Assembly (NCBI GenBank): GCA_045863335.1
Contig: BTVY01000057.1
Span: forward strand, 1 to 36,777
Length of the DNA stretch: 36,777 nucleotides
Direction: 5' to 3'
DNA from: Candidatus Hydrogenedentota bacterium
GTDB lineage: Bacteria; Hydrogenedentota; Hydrogenedentia; Hydrogenedentales; SLHB01
The notes under the pieces are model-generated. The model was not told where the DNA came from, made no database searches, and saw nothing but the letters and a program-made list of their open reading frames with translations. Numbering within the stretch: the first letter of the stretch is position 1; the number at the start of each line of letters is the position of its first letter. Made by a program: the position numbers and the translations under genes. Positions 26,801 through 36,673 of the stretch are shown piece after piece.

Positions 26801-27987
26801 GGGCGGGACATTCTCAAGCGTGTTATGTCCGCAAGGATTTCGATTTGGATCGCGCGCCGAAAGACGCGCGATTGACGGTCAGCGTGAACAGCGGGTTCCG
26901 ACTTTTCGTCAATGGTGAGAAGATCGAAGAAGAAATCGGCCCGTGGGCGAATTGGCAGAAGCCGGAGACCTTCACGATTACTCCAGTATTGCGGAAGGGC
27001 CGGAACACCATCGCAATCTGGGGTCAACTCTTCGTGGACCAAAGCCTCCGCCACAGCGAAGAAGCCTTCCAGGCGCGGGGCATCGTCCTGGCGATGAAGG
27101 TCCGACTGGACGACGGGAAAGAAGTCAGTATTGTCACTGACGATTCCTGGCGCGGCGCAGTCGATGAGTTCGCGGATTGGCAGTCGCCGGACTTCGACGA
27201 CCGCGGCTGGACCCCCGTCACGATTCGCGGCAAGATGGGGGACGCGCCCTGGGGAATGGCCGTCGTCGAGAACGTCGGCGCGGTGACAGTGCCTAAGCGT
27301 CCTCTTTCCATCGATCTGGATAACCCCTACCTCGAATGTTTTGACGAGATGCCGGGCCTTGTCTACGACGTGAAACGCTCCGAGGACCTACGCGTCGGCT
27401 GGTATCGGTTCGAAGCGCCGCCGGGGTTGCAGGCGATCGTTCCGCCCGGCGACATTAAGGCACAGTTCTGGGTAGACGGTCAGCCCGTGGCGCTGATTCG
27501 CGGCGGTGCGGCTCTACTTCCAGAGCCGGCCCCTGCTGTATCCACCGTGGCAATGCGGGTCGAAATGCAGCCCGGAGCCTACGCTGGCGCGGCGTTTCCA
27601 GAACCTATCGAGTTGCAACTCGGAGGCGGGACGATCGGTCTCGGCCTCTGGAGCGATTACGCGCTGCCGACGTATTCCGGGATCGGCGTGTACCGCCAGA
27701 TTGTGCGGTTGGAGCCGCAGGAGGGAATGCGGACCTGGCTGGATCTCGGGCAGGTACTCGTCGCGGCCGAAGTGCTGGTGAATGGCAAAAACGCCGGCGT
27801 GCGCATTGCGCGGCCCTTCAAGTTCGATATCACCGACTTGATTCAGAACGGCGAGAACGAGATCGAGATCCGCGTGGCGAATACGATCGCGCCGCACTAC
27901 ACGACGATCCCAGCCATGAATCTCGGCCCCACGGATTCCGGTTTGCTGGGTCCCGTACGCTTGACACAGGTAAGCGATTCTTTATAA
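23866..27987 (+). CDS. Large secreted glycoside hydrolase (GH106 alpha-L-rhamnosidase-like) with accessory beta-sandwich domains
   Basis: Signal peptide; PLWWWEG, MSLWAYDQ, FQDE, KIASSIARLYGRPRVWNEAF, PELWDP, WLDLGQV, SGLLGPV. Confidence 0.75.
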   Translation: MRQLLSVLLVFSALTLPIGIAAQESALSYEELYRGFESPDHARWGEVPLWWWEGERMTKERVTAQLETLAAEGVKAVCPIQRSPGRCDPQSFSPEWWDLFAYTNAECKRLGMSLWAYDQVGYGHYGWLEKAAAQVNDPRTKRVLAVTADGTSEAPIRLSLPEGEVLSARAYPLRDGVAFDEESVDVMASVSGGVLEWSPPDGTWRVAVLVTEPFQTFYLSDSSGDAFIDMFYGKLERTLGEDSMGTSFAGVFQDEHPPTPRDIYTEELSRAFRERCGYDVARAIPALHFDVGPLTPKYRTDYFDVYLTIVEQDYWKRVYDWTWERGLLTSHDNWGRNNINKQSEGYIDYFRTQRWFSAPGYDDSGQHPVTERNYYDTKIASSIARLYGRPRVWNEAFHSSGWGRTTDQTVSWLSAGMAFGANLYDEHGLYYATRASTWEHAAPDPHWRQPYWRYYDVLSDFVARSSYLMSQGQHVVDVGVHYPVASLLAGEPPNTEGPDYNRYMALSRTIFYAGIDNDIVDDDSILAGEVRNGKLVMGGNGYQALVFGPETTVRHAVLTKAAELVRSGGEVLFVERLPSATTESGRDDPALAALLTEMLGVNTTPSEPVEKQFDGGGFCAFVPSDAQTLPGIISEHIERDFVATGGNVFETHRKVGDVDVYLVQSVEPEPFVMEAQCRVDGVPELWDPFTGEIAPVQSFDRANGYTTIRHRLEGNTATFFVIRPGDSKSSRDTGQGEAINEIVIPETWTFSTIATRDNTWGEFRWPPSDEVIGPEIRSFRYREERGADGVEADWHLRDFDDSDWQTTLYSTGPYWLVRLCDASDETLVRQILESAPAVAAGTDWQEVNFSKSIGLAQAAPWGGHSGYPDGHIDKNFIDLPEGRKLLFTRIHVPKAQRCGLRVELGNATPRLWVNGEEQPFEEAVGNLPLREGENTVLLDLPDGGHGRLFVQAAPPTVASMAEAAQGGATPEIETASWIWAGHSQACYVRKDFDLDRAPKDARLTVSVNSGFRLFVNGEKIEEEIGPWANWQKPETFTITPVLRKGRNTIAIWGQLFVDQSLRHSEEAFQARGIVLAMKVRLDDGKEVSIVTDDSWRGAVDEFADWQSPDFDDRGWTPVTIRGKMGDAPWGMAVVENVGAVTVPKRPLSIDLDNPYLECFDEMPGLVYDVKRSEDLRVGWYRFEAPPGLQAIVPPGDIKAQFWVDGQPVALIRGGAALLPEPAPAVSTVAMRVEMQPGAYAGAAFPEPIELQLGGGTIGLGLWSDYALPTYSGIGVYRQIVRLEPQEGMRTWLDLGQVLVAAEVLVNGKNAGVRIARPFKFDITDLIQNGENEIEIRVANTIAPHYTTIPAMNLGPTDSGLLGPVRLTQVSDSL

Positions 27988-28169
27988 TGGTCGCAATTCT
28001 GTAGTGGCTTACTTTGGCGTCGGGGGACGGCAAAGGGGGCAGGGAGCTTTTCTCTACCACGGCTGACGCTGTCTCTTCCGAGCAACCACTTGCCACCTGT
28101 CTGAAGTTTTCCATCGGACGGTCCGTTTTCATAGCGTTTGGGAACCGAAGTAATACGGGGGAGCGTGAG

Positions 28170-31106
28170 ATGCGAAGCTTTACTGCACTCGGCGCCACAG
28201 GTGTCTGTGTACGGCGCATCGGTCCTGTCTTTCTTGGTCTTGTTCTGGTAACCGGTCTCTTAACGTCCGGCGCTCCGGCGTGGGCGGCGGATGGCGATTT
28301 CGTGTGGGCGGGCGCCTTCGGAGGGCCTTCGAGCGACGAAGCGCGAGGCATTGCCTCGGACAGTTCCGGAAATATGTACATTACGGGTATATTTCGAGGT
28401 GCGGCAGATTTCGATCCTGGCCCCGGGACAGCGAGTCGAACGTCTCAAGGCGATACGGACATCTTTGTGTGCAAACTGAGCAGTGCCGGTAATCTCAACT
28501 GGGCAGTTGCGATTGGCGGCAGTTTGGAAGACTACGGGGCCGCCGTTACCGTAGATGCCAGCGGCAACGTGCTCGTGACGGGGTACTATGCCGGCACGGT
28601 AGACTTCGATCCCGGTGCAGGCACATTCAACCTGACCTCGGTCGGCGACTCCATAGACGCATTCATACTCAAACTCGATAACGACGGAAACCTCGTATGG
28701 GCTCGCACAATCGGGCGCTTGGATGTCGTTGGAAACATCGATGAACGCGGCTATGCGATTGCGACCGATGTCAGCGGCAATGTTTACGTCACGGGACGCT
28801 TTCATGACACCGTAGATTTCGATCCCGGTCCCGGGACACAGGAACTGACTGCGGCCGGATTTATCGACATCTTTGTGCTCAAACTGGATAGCAACGGCGA
28901 CTATGTTTGGGCCAAGGCAATCGGAGGCACTGCCTTGGACTACAGTTACGGCATCGCACTGGACAGCGCGAACAATATCTACCTCACCGGAAACTTCGCT
29001 GGGACAGCGGATTTCGATACCGGTCCGGGTACCTCCACCCTGACCGCTCAGGGTTTTGATGCCTTTGTGTGTCGGCTGGATTCGGCAGGCGAACCTGTTT
29101 GGGCCAGACAATTGGGCGGGACCGGTTCCGATGGGGGGAGAGGCATCGCGTTGGATAGCGATGGAAACGTCTATTCTATTGGAAACTTCGTCGACACTGC
29201 GGACTTCGATCCAGGTCCTGGCACTCACAATGTCACATCAACCTTTGCTGCGGCCTACGTATCCAAATTGGACGCCTCCGGGGATTTCGTCTGGGCGAGG
29301 GCCTTCGTAGGCGGCGCGACGGTGGGCACCGGAATCGCCGTAGGAGGCAATAACTTCATCTACGCCACGGGCGACTTTAACGATACGGTGAATTTTGACA
29401 TCGGTTTTAGCGACTTCACCATGAACGCGTCGGGTTCGGACGCGTATGTCGTCAAATTGAATACGGCGGGCGGCTTCGGGTGGGCGAAGCAGTTAGTCGG
29501 AGGGCCTTCCCATCCTATCGGTTATAGCCCGGCATACGGAGTCGCTACGAATGCGAATGGCGACGTTCTCACCGCCGGGAAATTCGCTTTCGACATCGAC
29601 TTCGATCCGGGCACGGGTTCGCACGTGATCGATACGGGTGAAGCGGTCTCCGCTACTGACGCGTTCGTGTTGAAGTTGGAAGGTGTGATTCCGGCATCCC
29701 AATCTCCGGAAGTATTCGCTGTCACCCGAGCAAACCCGTCTCCGACGAACGCGGCCAGCGTCCAGTTTACGGTGAGTTTCAGCGAATCAGTAAACGGCGT
29801 CGATCATGGCGACTTCTCCATCAATACGTCGGGCGTGACCGGCGCAGGCATCACCGGTGTTTCAGGTTCCGGCGACACGTACACGGTAACCGTAGGAACC
29901 GGCTCGGGCGACGGTACGATACGGCTTGATGTGCTCGACAACGACACGATCGTGGCCACCGATGACAGTACGCCATTGGGAGGCGCCGGTGGGGGCAACG
30001 GCAACTACACGATGGGTGAATCTTATTCCGTGGACAAGACGGGACCTGCAGTGGCGATAAGTGTGCCCAGTTCCAGTGTCACAACCAGTGGGCCGGTAAC
30101 TTTCACAATTACGTATAGCGGCGCGGCCAACGTGACGTTGGCAGAAGGCCACCTTACGCTGAATCGGACCGGCGATGCCACAGGGGATGTGTCCGTCTCG
30201 GGTTCAGGCAATACGACTCGGACTGTAGTCATCGAAAACATCACCGGTAACGGTACCCTCGGCATCTCCATCGGCGCTGGAACCGCGACTGACGCCCTCG
30301 GGAATTTGGCGATGGCGGCGGGGCCCAGCGCTGCGTTCGATGTAAGCAATACGGTCATTGCCGTTAACATCGGTTTGCCTTCGGTGCAGAGCACGAGTGG
30401 AGGCCCCGTCAGCTACGTGGTGACTTACGAGAACGTCTCCACCGTGACGCTCACTTCGGGCGACGTTGTCCTAAATGGTACCGGTGATGCGGATGCCTCT
30501 ATCGCGGTGGGACCTGTGACGAAGGAGAATCAGACGCTTCAACGCATTGTGACGCTCTCCAGCATTACCGGCAACGGAACGCTGGGCATTTCCATCGCCG
30601 CGGGTACGGCGACCGACGATTCCGCAAACAGCGCCCCCTCTGCCGGACCGAGCGCTACCTTCACGGTCGACAACTATGACCCGGACGTGCAAAGCATCGT
30701 GCTGTCGCCAGCCAAAGGATGGCTGGTAACGTATATCGTCACCTTTACGGAGCCGGTGTCCGGTGTGGACGCATCGGACTTTGTGATTACAACGACCGGG
30801 ACTGTGATTGGGTCCAGCATTCTCGGCATTAGTGGTGGCGGAGCGGTGTACACGGTGAGCATCGATTCGGGCGGAGGCGACGGAACGCTTCGTCTCGACT
30901 TAGCCGACGACGATTCTGTTCTCGACAGTGCCGGGAATCCGCTCGGTGGCCCGGGCGTCGGCAACGGGGATTTCGCTTCCGGCGACGTGTACTTTACGGG
31001 AACGGGCAAAGCCCTGCCGCTCGATTGGCGCTGGGTTTTTGCCGCCGCGGTTCTGACAGGGCTGGTTCTGATAGCGCGCGTCCATAGAGTCTCGGCGAGA
31101 AATTAA
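28170..31106 (+). CDS. Cell-surface protein: SBBP beta-propeller repeats, Ig-like repeats and a C-terminal LP-TM-basic sorting tail
   Basis: Repeated GNxYxTG.F....DFDPG units; repeated V.FSE.V.GVD..DF and GxGTL.I units; tail ALPLDWRWVFAAAVLTGLVLIARVHR. Confidence 0.85.
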   Translation: MRSFTALGATGVCVRRIGPVFLGLVLVTGLLTSGAPAWAADGDFVWAGAFGGPSSDEARGIASDSSGNMYITGIFRGAADFDPGPGTASRTSQGDTDIFVCKLSSAGNLNWAVAIGGSLEDYGAAVTVDASGNVLVTGYYAGTVDFDPGAGTFNLTSVGDSIDAFILKLDNDGNLVWARTIGRLDVVGNIDERGYAIATDVSGNVYVTGRFHDTVDFDPGPGTQELTAAGFIDIFVLKLDSNGDYVWAKAIGGTALDYSYGIALDSANNIYLTGNFAGTADFDTGPGTSTLTAQGFDAFVCRLDSAGEPVWARQLGGTGSDGGRGIALDSDGNVYSIGNFVDTADFDPGPGTHNVTSTFAAAYVSKLDASGDFVWARAFVGGATVGTGIAVGGNNFIYATGDFNDTVNFDIGFSDFTMNASGSDAYVVKLNTAGGFGWAKQLVGGPSHPIGYSPAYGVATNANGDVLTAGKFAFDIDFDPGTGSHVIDTGEAVSATDAFVLKLEGVIPASQSPEVFAVTRANPSPTNAASVQFTVSFSESVNGVDHGDFSINTSGVTGAGITGVSGSGDTYTVTVGTGSGDGTIRLDVLDNDTIVATDDSTPLGGAGGGNGNYTMGESYSVDKTGPAVAISVPSSSVTTSGPVTFTITYSGAANVTLAEGHLTLNRTGDATGDVSVSGSGNTTRTVVIENITGNGTLGISIGAGTATDALGNLAMAAGPSAAFDVSNTVIAVNIGLPSVQSTSGGPVSYVVTYENVSTVTLTSGDVVLNGTGDADASIAVGPVTKENQTLQRIVTLSSITGNGTLGISIAAGTATDDSANSAPSAGPSATFTVDNYDPDVQSIVLSPAKGWLVTYIVTFTEPVSGVDASDFVITTTGTVIGSSILGISGGGAVYTVSIDSGGGDGTLRLDLADDDSVLDSAGNPLGGPGVGNGDFASGDVYFTGTGKALPLDWRWVFAAAVLTGLVLIARVHRVSARN

Positions 31107-31163
31107 TCGGCTAAATGTCTATAGCCGGGACAATCGGCTATTGTAGATACGAGCTTTGACCAG

Positions 31164-31201
31164 ACTCCCTCCCGGGCCGGCGCGCAGGCGGGAGGGAGTT
31201 T
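31164..31201 (+). terminator. Probable intrinsic terminator
   Basis: 11-bp stem ACTCCCTCCCG / CGGGAGGGAGT followed by T residues. Confidence 0.55.
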
Positions 31202-31236
31202 GGCTTTGGCACGCTTCAACAATTGGGAGATAGACG

Positions 31237-32520
31237 GTGGCAAATCGAACTATCCTTGTTGTGCTGATCGCGGTTGCGTCTGCAATGGGTGCCGAACTTC
31301 CTCCGGTCGATCAACTGCCTGAACAGCCTGAGTTGCCCGATCCGTTTGTGATGCTGGACGGTACGCGAATCGAGACGCCGGAACAGTGGTACGAGATGCG
31401 GCGTCCGGAACTGAAGCAGTTGTTCCAGCACTACGTGTACGGATATCTGCCTCCGCCGACGCCCATTCAGGCGACGGTTATACAGGAAGACACAGACCTT
31501 TTCGGCGGGAAGGCCACGTTGAAGCAGGTGGAGATTCGCTTTCCCGCCTTGCCGGACAATGCCCCGCGAATCAACCTGGCCTTGTTTGTTCCGAACGCCG
31601 GTGGCCCGTCACCCTGCATCCTCGCGTTAAACAAGTGCGGTAACTGCACGGTGACGGATTTTCCCGGCGTCCGGATCAATCCCGACGCGTGGTTGCATTC
31701 CGCGTGCGGTCCTACCGAAGAACTTCGAGGCAACAAGAAGGACTTCTGGGCCATCGAGCAGAAGATCGACCGTGGGTACGCGTTTGCGACATTCCACGAG
31801 AGTGATATTGACCCGGACCAGAATGATTTTACCGACGGCATCCACCCCTACTTCCCGGATCTGCCCGGTCCGGACGCGGCCAGTTGGGGGACCATCTCGG
31901 CCTGGGCCTGGGGGTTGCAGCGGTGTCTCGATTACCTCATCGAAGACCCGGATGTAGACGGAGAGATGGTAATCGTCACGGGCCATTCCCGCCGAGGCAA
32001 GACGGCGCTCTGGGCCGCGGCTTACGATGACCGGTTTGCAATCGCAATGCCCCACCAGTCCGGCACGGGCGGTATGGCCCTGAGCCGGAACAACGAGCAA
32101 GAGACCGTCGAACGCATCAACGATCATTTCCCGCATTGGTTTAACGATCTCTTCACGGCCTTCAACGGGCGCGAGCAGGATCTGCCGGTCGACCAGCACC
32201 TCCTGGTTGCGCTGGTGGCTCCGCGACCCGTGTTGGATACGGCCGGTTTGCAGGACACATGGGCGAACTACGAAAGCGCGCTGCGGACCCTCAAAGCAGC
32301 GGACCCCGTCTATGAGTTTCTCGGGAAGCCGGGACTCGTGGGCGACGGTATGGTGGTAGAAGATGAGTCAATCGACGGTGAGGATTTCGGCACCTTACTC
32401 CAATACCGCCGCGACACAAAGCATACGTGGGACGCCGCATACTGGGAGAAGATGATGGACTTCGCAGACCTGCACTTCGGGCGGAGCGGTCCAGGCGAAG
32501 ATGACGTAGCGGGCCGGTAG
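31237..32520 (+). CDS. Secreted CE15-family glucuronoyl esterase-like alpha/beta hydrolase
   Basis: LPDPF, WGTISAWAWG, GHSRRGK nucleophile motif, SGTGG, HWF, PVDQH. Confidence 0.88.
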   Translation: MANRTILVVLIAVASAMGAELPPVDQLPEQPELPDPFVMLDGTRIETPEQWYEMRRPELKQLFQHYVYGYLPPPTPIQATVIQEDTDLFGGKATLKQVEIRFPALPDNAPRINLALFVPNAGGPSPCILALNKCGNCTVTDFPGVRINPDAWLHSACGPTEELRGNKKDFWAIEQKIDRGYAFATFHESDIDPDQNDFTDGIHPYFPDLPGPDAASWGTISAWAWGLQRCLDYLIEDPDVDGEMVIVTGHSRRGKTALWAAAYDDRFAIAMPHQSGTGGMALSRNNEQETVERINDHFPHWFNDLFTAFNGREQDLPVDQHLLVALVAPRPVLDTAGLQDTWANYESALRTLKAADPVYEFLGKPGLVGDGMVVEDESIDGEDFGTLLQYRRDTKHTWDAAYWEKMMDFADLHFGRSGPGEDDVAGR

Positions 32521-32693
32521 CGGGATTTCTCCTGTGGGAGCCTATTCCGCCAACGGATCGTCCATATTGTGATACCGCGCCTGCTTTTCCTCACGGGAAT
32601 CGCGCGTGAAACGCGCGGAGCGCTGGAAGTACAATCCGTGTGCTCACGAGTGTCGCGAAAAACCAGAGCGATTCTTTACGGGGGATAGATCGA

Positions 32694-35144
32694 ATGAATC
32701 ATTCAAATTGCCTGCGAAGTATGCCGGTTGTTCTTGGCGTGATGGTCATCGTCCTCACGCTACCGGCGTGGGGAAGCATAGACTTATCCAAGGCGGTCAT
32801 CCTGCCGCAACCAAACGAAGGTGTCGTTGGTCAGGCGGCCCGCATGCTGCGCGATGAACTGAACGAACGTTCCGGCGTGTTGCTTCCGATCGCCGATTCC
32901 GCCGCGGCAGGTCAGGTGGCAATCGCAATCGGTACAGCGAGCACGATAAATGGCGGCGTGGCCCCCGACGAACCGGAAGGATACGGCATCGCCATATCGG
33001 GCAGTACGATCTCGTTGATCGGGCACGATCCGCGCGGCGCCATGTTTGCCGCGGGGCGGCTGATTCGGCTAGTGGACTGTAAGGATGGCGCAATCACGCT
33101 CGATCTGCGCTCGCCGATTTCGACGGCTCCGGATGTGCCGTACCGGGCGCACCAGCTCGGATATCGCAATACCGCCAATACCTATGATGCCTGGACCATG
33201 GAGATGTACGAACAGTACATCCGCGACCTGATCGTGTTCGGGTGCAACGGAATCGAATTGATCACCACCCTCGATCCCGAGGCGAAAGACGGTCCTGTAA
33301 TGACCGAAAGCATGCGGGCGCGAAACGTGAAGTTGTCGGCCCTGTTCGGATCCTACGGTCTCGATGTATGGCTTTGGTCGCCCGTGATGGCAGACGATGA
33401 GGAAGACGTGACGACGCCGGAAGGCGTCGCGGTGGCGTTGGAAAAGCGTAGAGCCATGTTTGCGCAGTATCCCGTCATTGACCATGTGTTCATACCCGGT
33501 GGCGACGACGGCGACACGCCGGCCGAACACCTGATCCCGTTCATGGAGAAGCTCGCCCCGATTCTTCACGAGTCCCATCCCGACGCAAAATTGTGGGTGT
33601 CGAATCAGACCTTCACCCTGGAAGAGAATGACTACTTCTTCGGTTACCTCGAACGCGAGAAGCCCGATTGGCTGGCCGGCGTTGTCTACGGGCCTTGGAC
33701 CAAGATGAGCTGGGAAGAGATGCGCGAACGCACGCCGGACCAGTACCCCTTGCGGCGGTACCCGGATATCAATCACACGGTCCGTTGCCAGTATCCCGTG
33801 CGTGATTGGGACCCTGCTTTTGCCAACACGGTGGGGCGCGAGCCCATGATGCCGTTGCCGAAGGCGCATAAGCATATCTACCTGCGTTATCGGGACATCA
33901 CGGATGGATTCGGCACCTACTCGGACGGCATTCATGACGATCTGAACAAAGTGGTCTGGAGCGCCTACGGTTGGGATCCGGAAACCGATCTCGACGAATT
34001 GCTCGTCGAGTATGGCAAGGTCTGGTGGAACGACGACCTGGCCGAAGACGTTGCGAAGGGACTTTTCCAGTTCGAGGAGAACTGGGTTGGACCCATCCTG
34101 GAAAACACGACGATCCCGAAGACGCTGGAACTTTGGGAAAGTATCGCGAAGCGCACTTCCAATTTCGATATGAACTGGCGCGCGCAGATGTATCTGTTCC
34201 GCGCGCGGTTCGATGCGTTCGTGCAGGAGAAGGCAAAAGTCGAGGCACAGTTCGAGAAGGAGGCCTACGCCGCGCTGGCAACGGCGCGTCAGGCCGGTCT
34301 CGCGCAGGCCATCGCCGATGCCCGAGAGGCACTCGCTCAGGCCGACGAACCGATCGCGCCCGAATTGCGGAAGGGCATCGAGGATCTGGGACCGGTTCTT
34401 TTGAAGAGTATCGGCTATCAACTCAGTGTCAAAGAGCCGTATCTCGCGCGCAATCCTGAGCGCGGCGCGATGCTGGATTGGCTCGACCAACCGGTGAACG
34501 ACCGGCCGTGGTTGGAGCAGCGGTTTGACGACATCCTCGCGATGGAGGATGAGGCGGCGCAACTGGCGGCGATTGACGAGATTCTCCACTGGACCGATCC
34601 GGGTCCCGGAGGGTTCTACGACAACCTTGGCGCTGTGGGGCAATACGAGCACGTCGTCTACCAGAAAACCTGGGAGCAGGATCCTTACGGGTGTCATTCG
34701 CCGCGGGCAGAGTTTCCCCTGTACAAAGCGGACCGCACGACCGTAGCCGAACAGAGTGCTGCGATCGAAGAGGCCAACGCGACATTCAAAGAAGAAGACG
34801 GAGCGCGGCCGCAGGCTCGCCAGGAACTGCGCATGTCCTGGCAGTCGCAGATCGGCACGCATTACGGCACGCCGCTGAAGATGCGTTATGAAGGACTCGA
34901 CCCTGAGGCGACCTATCGTCTGAAGGTAACCTACGCGGGACGCTACAAACCGACGATGTCGCTGACCTTGAACGACACCTTCAGCGTGCATGGGCCCGTG
35001 AAGCAACCCGACCCGATCTGGCCGGTCGAGTATTTCATTCCTCACGAGGCGACGCAGAACGGCACGCTCGACGTGGAATGGAATCTCGCCGATGGGCGGG
35101 GGTGCATGGTGTCCGAAGTGTGGCTCATTCGGGGAACGGAGTAG
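32694..35144 (+). CDS. Secreted glycoside-hydrolase-like protein (GH20/GH67-type N-terminal domain, TIM barrel, C-terminal beta-sandwich)
   Basis: Signal peptide; PEGYGI...GHDPRGAMFAAGRL N-domain; acidic PGGDDGD motif. Confidence 0.65.
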   Translation: MNHSNCLRSMPVVLGVMVIVLTLPAWGSIDLSKAVILPQPNEGVVGQAARMLRDELNERSGVLLPIADSAAAGQVAIAIGTASTINGGVAPDEPEGYGIAISGSTISLIGHDPRGAMFAAGRLIRLVDCKDGAITLDLRSPISTAPDVPYRAHQLGYRNTANTYDAWTMEMYEQYIRDLIVFGCNGIELITTLDPEAKDGPVMTESMRARNVKLSALFGSYGLDVWLWSPVMADDEEDVTTPEGVAVALEKRRAMFAQYPVIDHVFIPGGDDGDTPAEHLIPFMEKLAPILHESHPDAKLWVSNQTFTLEENDYFFGYLEREKPDWLAGVVYGPWTKMSWEEMRERTPDQYPLRRYPDINHTVRCQYPVRDWDPAFANTVGREPMMPLPKAHKHIYLRYRDITDGFGTYSDGIHDDLNKVVWSAYGWDPETDLDELLVEYGKVWWNDDLAEDVAKGLFQFEENWVGPILENTTIPKTLELWESIAKRTSNFDMNWRAQMYLFRARFDAFVQEKAKVEAQFEKEAYAALATARQAGLAQAIADAREALAQADEPIAPELRKGIEDLGPVLLKSIGYQLSVKEPYLARNPERGAMLDWLDQPVNDRPWLEQRFDDILAMEDEAAQLAAIDEILHWTDPGPGGFYDNLGAVGQYEHVVYQKTWEQDPYGCHSPRAEFPLYKADRTTVAEQSAAIEEANATFKEEDGARPQARQELRMSWQSQIGTHYGTPLKMRYEGLDPEATYRLKVTYAGRYKPTMSLTLNDTFSVHGPVKQPDPIWPVEYFIPHEATQNGTLDVEWNLADGRGCMVSEVWLIRGTE

Positions 35145-35166
35145 ATCCCAGAGGGGGCCGCCGTCG

Positions 35167-36621
35167 TCATGGCCGCGTCTCCCCGCCGCGAGAGCCGGGG
35201 TGACGCTCGTTTTCGGTGAGCCAAGTCAGCAACCGATCGGTAAGTCGGCGCCGGACGGATTCGAGTGCCGAATCGCCGATGCGGTTATCGAACTCTTGCG
35301 GATCGTTTTCCATATTGTAGAGTTCGCCGGGCATCTCGGCGGGATCGTCAGTCGTGTGCCAGAGATTGAGCTTGTAGCGGCCGTCGTGAATCATGGTGGC
35401 GTTGATCGGCGGGTCCCAGTATTCGCGCTCCAGCGACATGCCGGAGTTGCGGTAGCAGCAGATCGCGTGGTCGTGTAGTTGTTCGATGGTTCCGGTCGCG
35501 GCGTCCAAAAGACTGCGCGCGTCCGGCATTCCTTCCGGAGCCAGGCCTGCTGCCGCAAGCGTCGTGGCGGCGATGTCGTGGAGTTGCGCCAGGGCATTGA
35601 CGCGCGTTCCTGGTTGAATGCGCCCGGGCCATCGTAGTAGCAGCGGCACCCGCACGTTTGCGTCATAGAAGTGCGCGCCTTTCACCAACAAGCCGCGGTC
35701 GCCGAGCATGTCGCCGTGGTCGCTCGTGAAGATGACAATCGTGTTTTCCGCAAGTCCAGTTTCCTCCAGCGCGTCCAGCACGCGGCCAAACTCCAGATCC
35801 GAATACGCCACGGCCGAGTGATACCCGTGGCGGATCTTCCGCAGGACGTCCGGCGTGAACGAATCGATGTCGCCAAGGTGGTTGTGATGACGTTCGCGAT
35901 CGATGTCCGGCGGTTCCCAACTCCGATCCGCGGGGCGGGGGAGGGGGCCGGGTATCGCGTCCGCGTCGACGAGCGAACCCATCTCGGGCGGATAGTGCTC
36001 GTAAGGATTGTGCGGTTCGAAGATGCTCATCATACAAAAGAACGGCTCGGGCTCGTCGCGCCGGCTGCGGAGGAAGTCGATGGTCCGTTCCGCGGCCCAG
36101 TACGTCATGTGCCGGTCCCGCGGCGGATGCAATAGCTTGCGTCCTTCGGCCTTCAGCCGCGCGTAGAACGCCGGGTCCCGCTCCTCCAGCCAGCGCGCGT
36201 AGGCCTGGTGCGGCGCATCCATGTGCATGCAACCTTCCTGGCACGGTTCAAACACGTCGAAGCCGTCGTGGGGATGACGCCGGTACGACTCTTCCTCGAT
36301 AGAAGATACATGAAGCTTTCCGAACAGGGCGGTGGTGTAGCCCGCCCCTTGCAGCCGCTCGGTGAACAGGACTTCGCCGTGGGGCAGGTTGTCGTAGAGC
36401 CGGTAGACGCCGTGGCCGGGGAGGTGTTTGCCGGTCATCATGCTGGCCCGCGACGGGGTGCAGATGGGGTTGTTCACGTAGCAACGTTCGAACACCGCGC
36501 CGTCCCGCGCGAGGCGGTCGAGGTTCGGCGTGTGGGCGAAGGGTACGCCGTAACACCCCAGCGAATCGAAGCGCTGCTGGTCGGTCATCAAGAGCAAGAT
36601 GTTGGGTCGGTCTGTTGCCAC
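35167..36621 (-). CDS. Formylglycine-dependent (Cys-type) sulfatase
   Basis: RPNILLLMTDQQR, CTPSRASMMTG, GKLH, PHNP, SDHG; GTG 36621 with GGAAGGA upstream. Confidence 0.92.
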   Translation of the reverse strand: MATDRPNILLLMTDQQRFDSLGCYGVPFAHTPNLDRLARDGAVFERCYVNNPICTPSRASMMTGKHLPGHGVYRLYDNLPHGEVLFTERLQGAGYTTALFGKLHVSSIEEESYRRHPHDGFDVFEPCQEGCMHMDAPHQAYARWLEERDPAFYARLKAEGRKLLHPPRDRHMTYWAAERTIDFLRSRRDEPEPFFCMMSIFEPHNPYEHYPPEMGSLVDADAIPGPLPRPADRSWEPPDIDRERHHNHLGDIDSFTPDVLRKIRHGYHSAVAYSDLEFGRVLDALEETGLAENTIVIFTSDHGDMLGDRGLLVKGAHFYDANVRVPLLLRWPGRIQPGTRVNALAQLHDIAATTLAAAGLAPEGMPDARSLLDAATGTIEQLHDHAICCYRNSGMSLEREYWDPPINATMIHDGRYKLNLWHTTDDPAEMPGELYNMENDPQEFDNRIGDSALESVRRRLTDRLLTWLTENERHPGSRGGETRP

Positions 36622-36673
36622 GTCGAAGTTTTCCTTCCGCGCTGTGTGAACGATACCACTATTCGGTACCAAT

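Noticed and set aside
28390-29615. Recurring GAYTTCGATCC nucleotide repeats
   Set aside because: Explained by the DFDPG protein repeats of the SBBP propeller.
33069-35045. 658-aa antisense ORF and other long shadow ORFs (e.g. 24343-25530, 9198-10121, 15435-16484)
   Set aside because: Typical high-GC antisense frames overlapping well-supported genes, with no motifs.
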